From contig NW_021823803.1 of assembly GCF_006345805.1 (NCBI RefSeq), positions 1-21,051 of the forward strand: a DNA stretch of 21,051 nucleotides. The letters run 5' to 3'. Below are positions 20,604 through 21,051 of this stretch, in pieces. Each line of letters opens with the position of its first letter. Position 1 is the first letter of the stretch. Below the pieces are notes generated by a model that worked only from the letters and a program-made list of their open reading frames with translations, had not been told where the DNA came from and did not search any database. Origin of the DNA: Octopus sinensis (lineage: Eukaryota). A program made the position numbers and the translations under genes.

Positions 20604-20986
20604 TGTATATATACAAGTATCTATATATATATATATATCTATATATATGTATATATACATGTATATATATATGTATATATATATATGTATGTATATATTT
20701 GTGTGTGCATATATAAATTATTTTATTACTTTATTATTATTATAGAAATAATAATAATAATAATAATAATAGTAATAGTAATAATAATAATAATAATAAT
20801 AAAATAATAATAATAATATAATAAATTAATAAAATAATAATAATAATAATAATAATAGTAATAATATTAATAATAATTATAATAATAATATTAATAATAA
20901 TATTATTAATAATAATAATAATGATAATAGTATGTTAGTCGGCACCTAACTGTATTGAAAAGAAGCCATCTCCTTAGTTTCGTAGA
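20140..20986 (-). repeat. Right arm of the inverted duplication: module M5 plus the 59-bp motif
   Basis: SINE head 20247-20394 (+), (CTAT)n, TA, ttattattatagaaataataat (reverse complement of the switch, ~20740), (TAA)n, motif 20928-20986. Confidence 0.9.
20247..20394 (+). mobile_element. Decayed SINE 5' half in module M5
   Basis: TAGGCGTAGGTTGGTCTGTGTG..TTACTTCCTAATTACATGG..GGTTCGGCCC; same lesions as M1-M3 but with the best preserved 5' end. Confidence 0.82.
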
Positions 20987-21051
20987 CTTCATTCACCATA
21001 CTTTACTGTGTTTCATGACAAGGAGAGAGCCTACTCCCTGAGCAGTTACTC

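Noticed and set aside
121-20807. Dozens of Y/I/M/C/V/H/T-rich or poly-Ile/Asn ORFs
   Set aside because: They are translations of (TA)n, (CATA)n, (CA)n and (TAA)n tracts with no domain content.
1-21051. CRISPR array or prokaryotic system
   Set aside because: No short direct repeats with unique equal-length spacers and no operon-like ORFs; content is animal repeat DNA.

Overview
AT-rich, microsatellite-dense animal DNA with no intact host gene I can support. The tRNA-derived SINE at 2194-2637 resembles, from memory, an abundant octopus SINE, so a coleoid cephalopod origin is inferred. Nearly all listed ORFs are translations of (TA)n, (CATA)n or (TAA)n tracts. Recognisable content is decayed transposons: an RTE 3' fragment, a 5'-truncated R4/Dong-like RLE retrotransposon inside a (TAA)n tract, a ~3.3 kb CR1-group LINE (CCCH ORF1 remnant, APE, RT), three CR1-group 3' ends in (TA)n tracts, several SINEs, a MITE with 29-bp TIRs and an 8-bp TSD, and a possible Penelope-like insert with a degenerate hammerhead fold. 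The organising structure is a ~2 kb composite unit: an unidentified ~1 kb block plus a module of (TTA)n-TTTCTA-(TAA)n, (TA/CATA)n, (TAGA)n and a decayed SINE head. It is tandemly repeated at 3.2-14.3 kb, with an inverted module copy at the far right (20.1-21.0 kb). Coordinates were read by eye; boundaries inside microsatellites are approximate.
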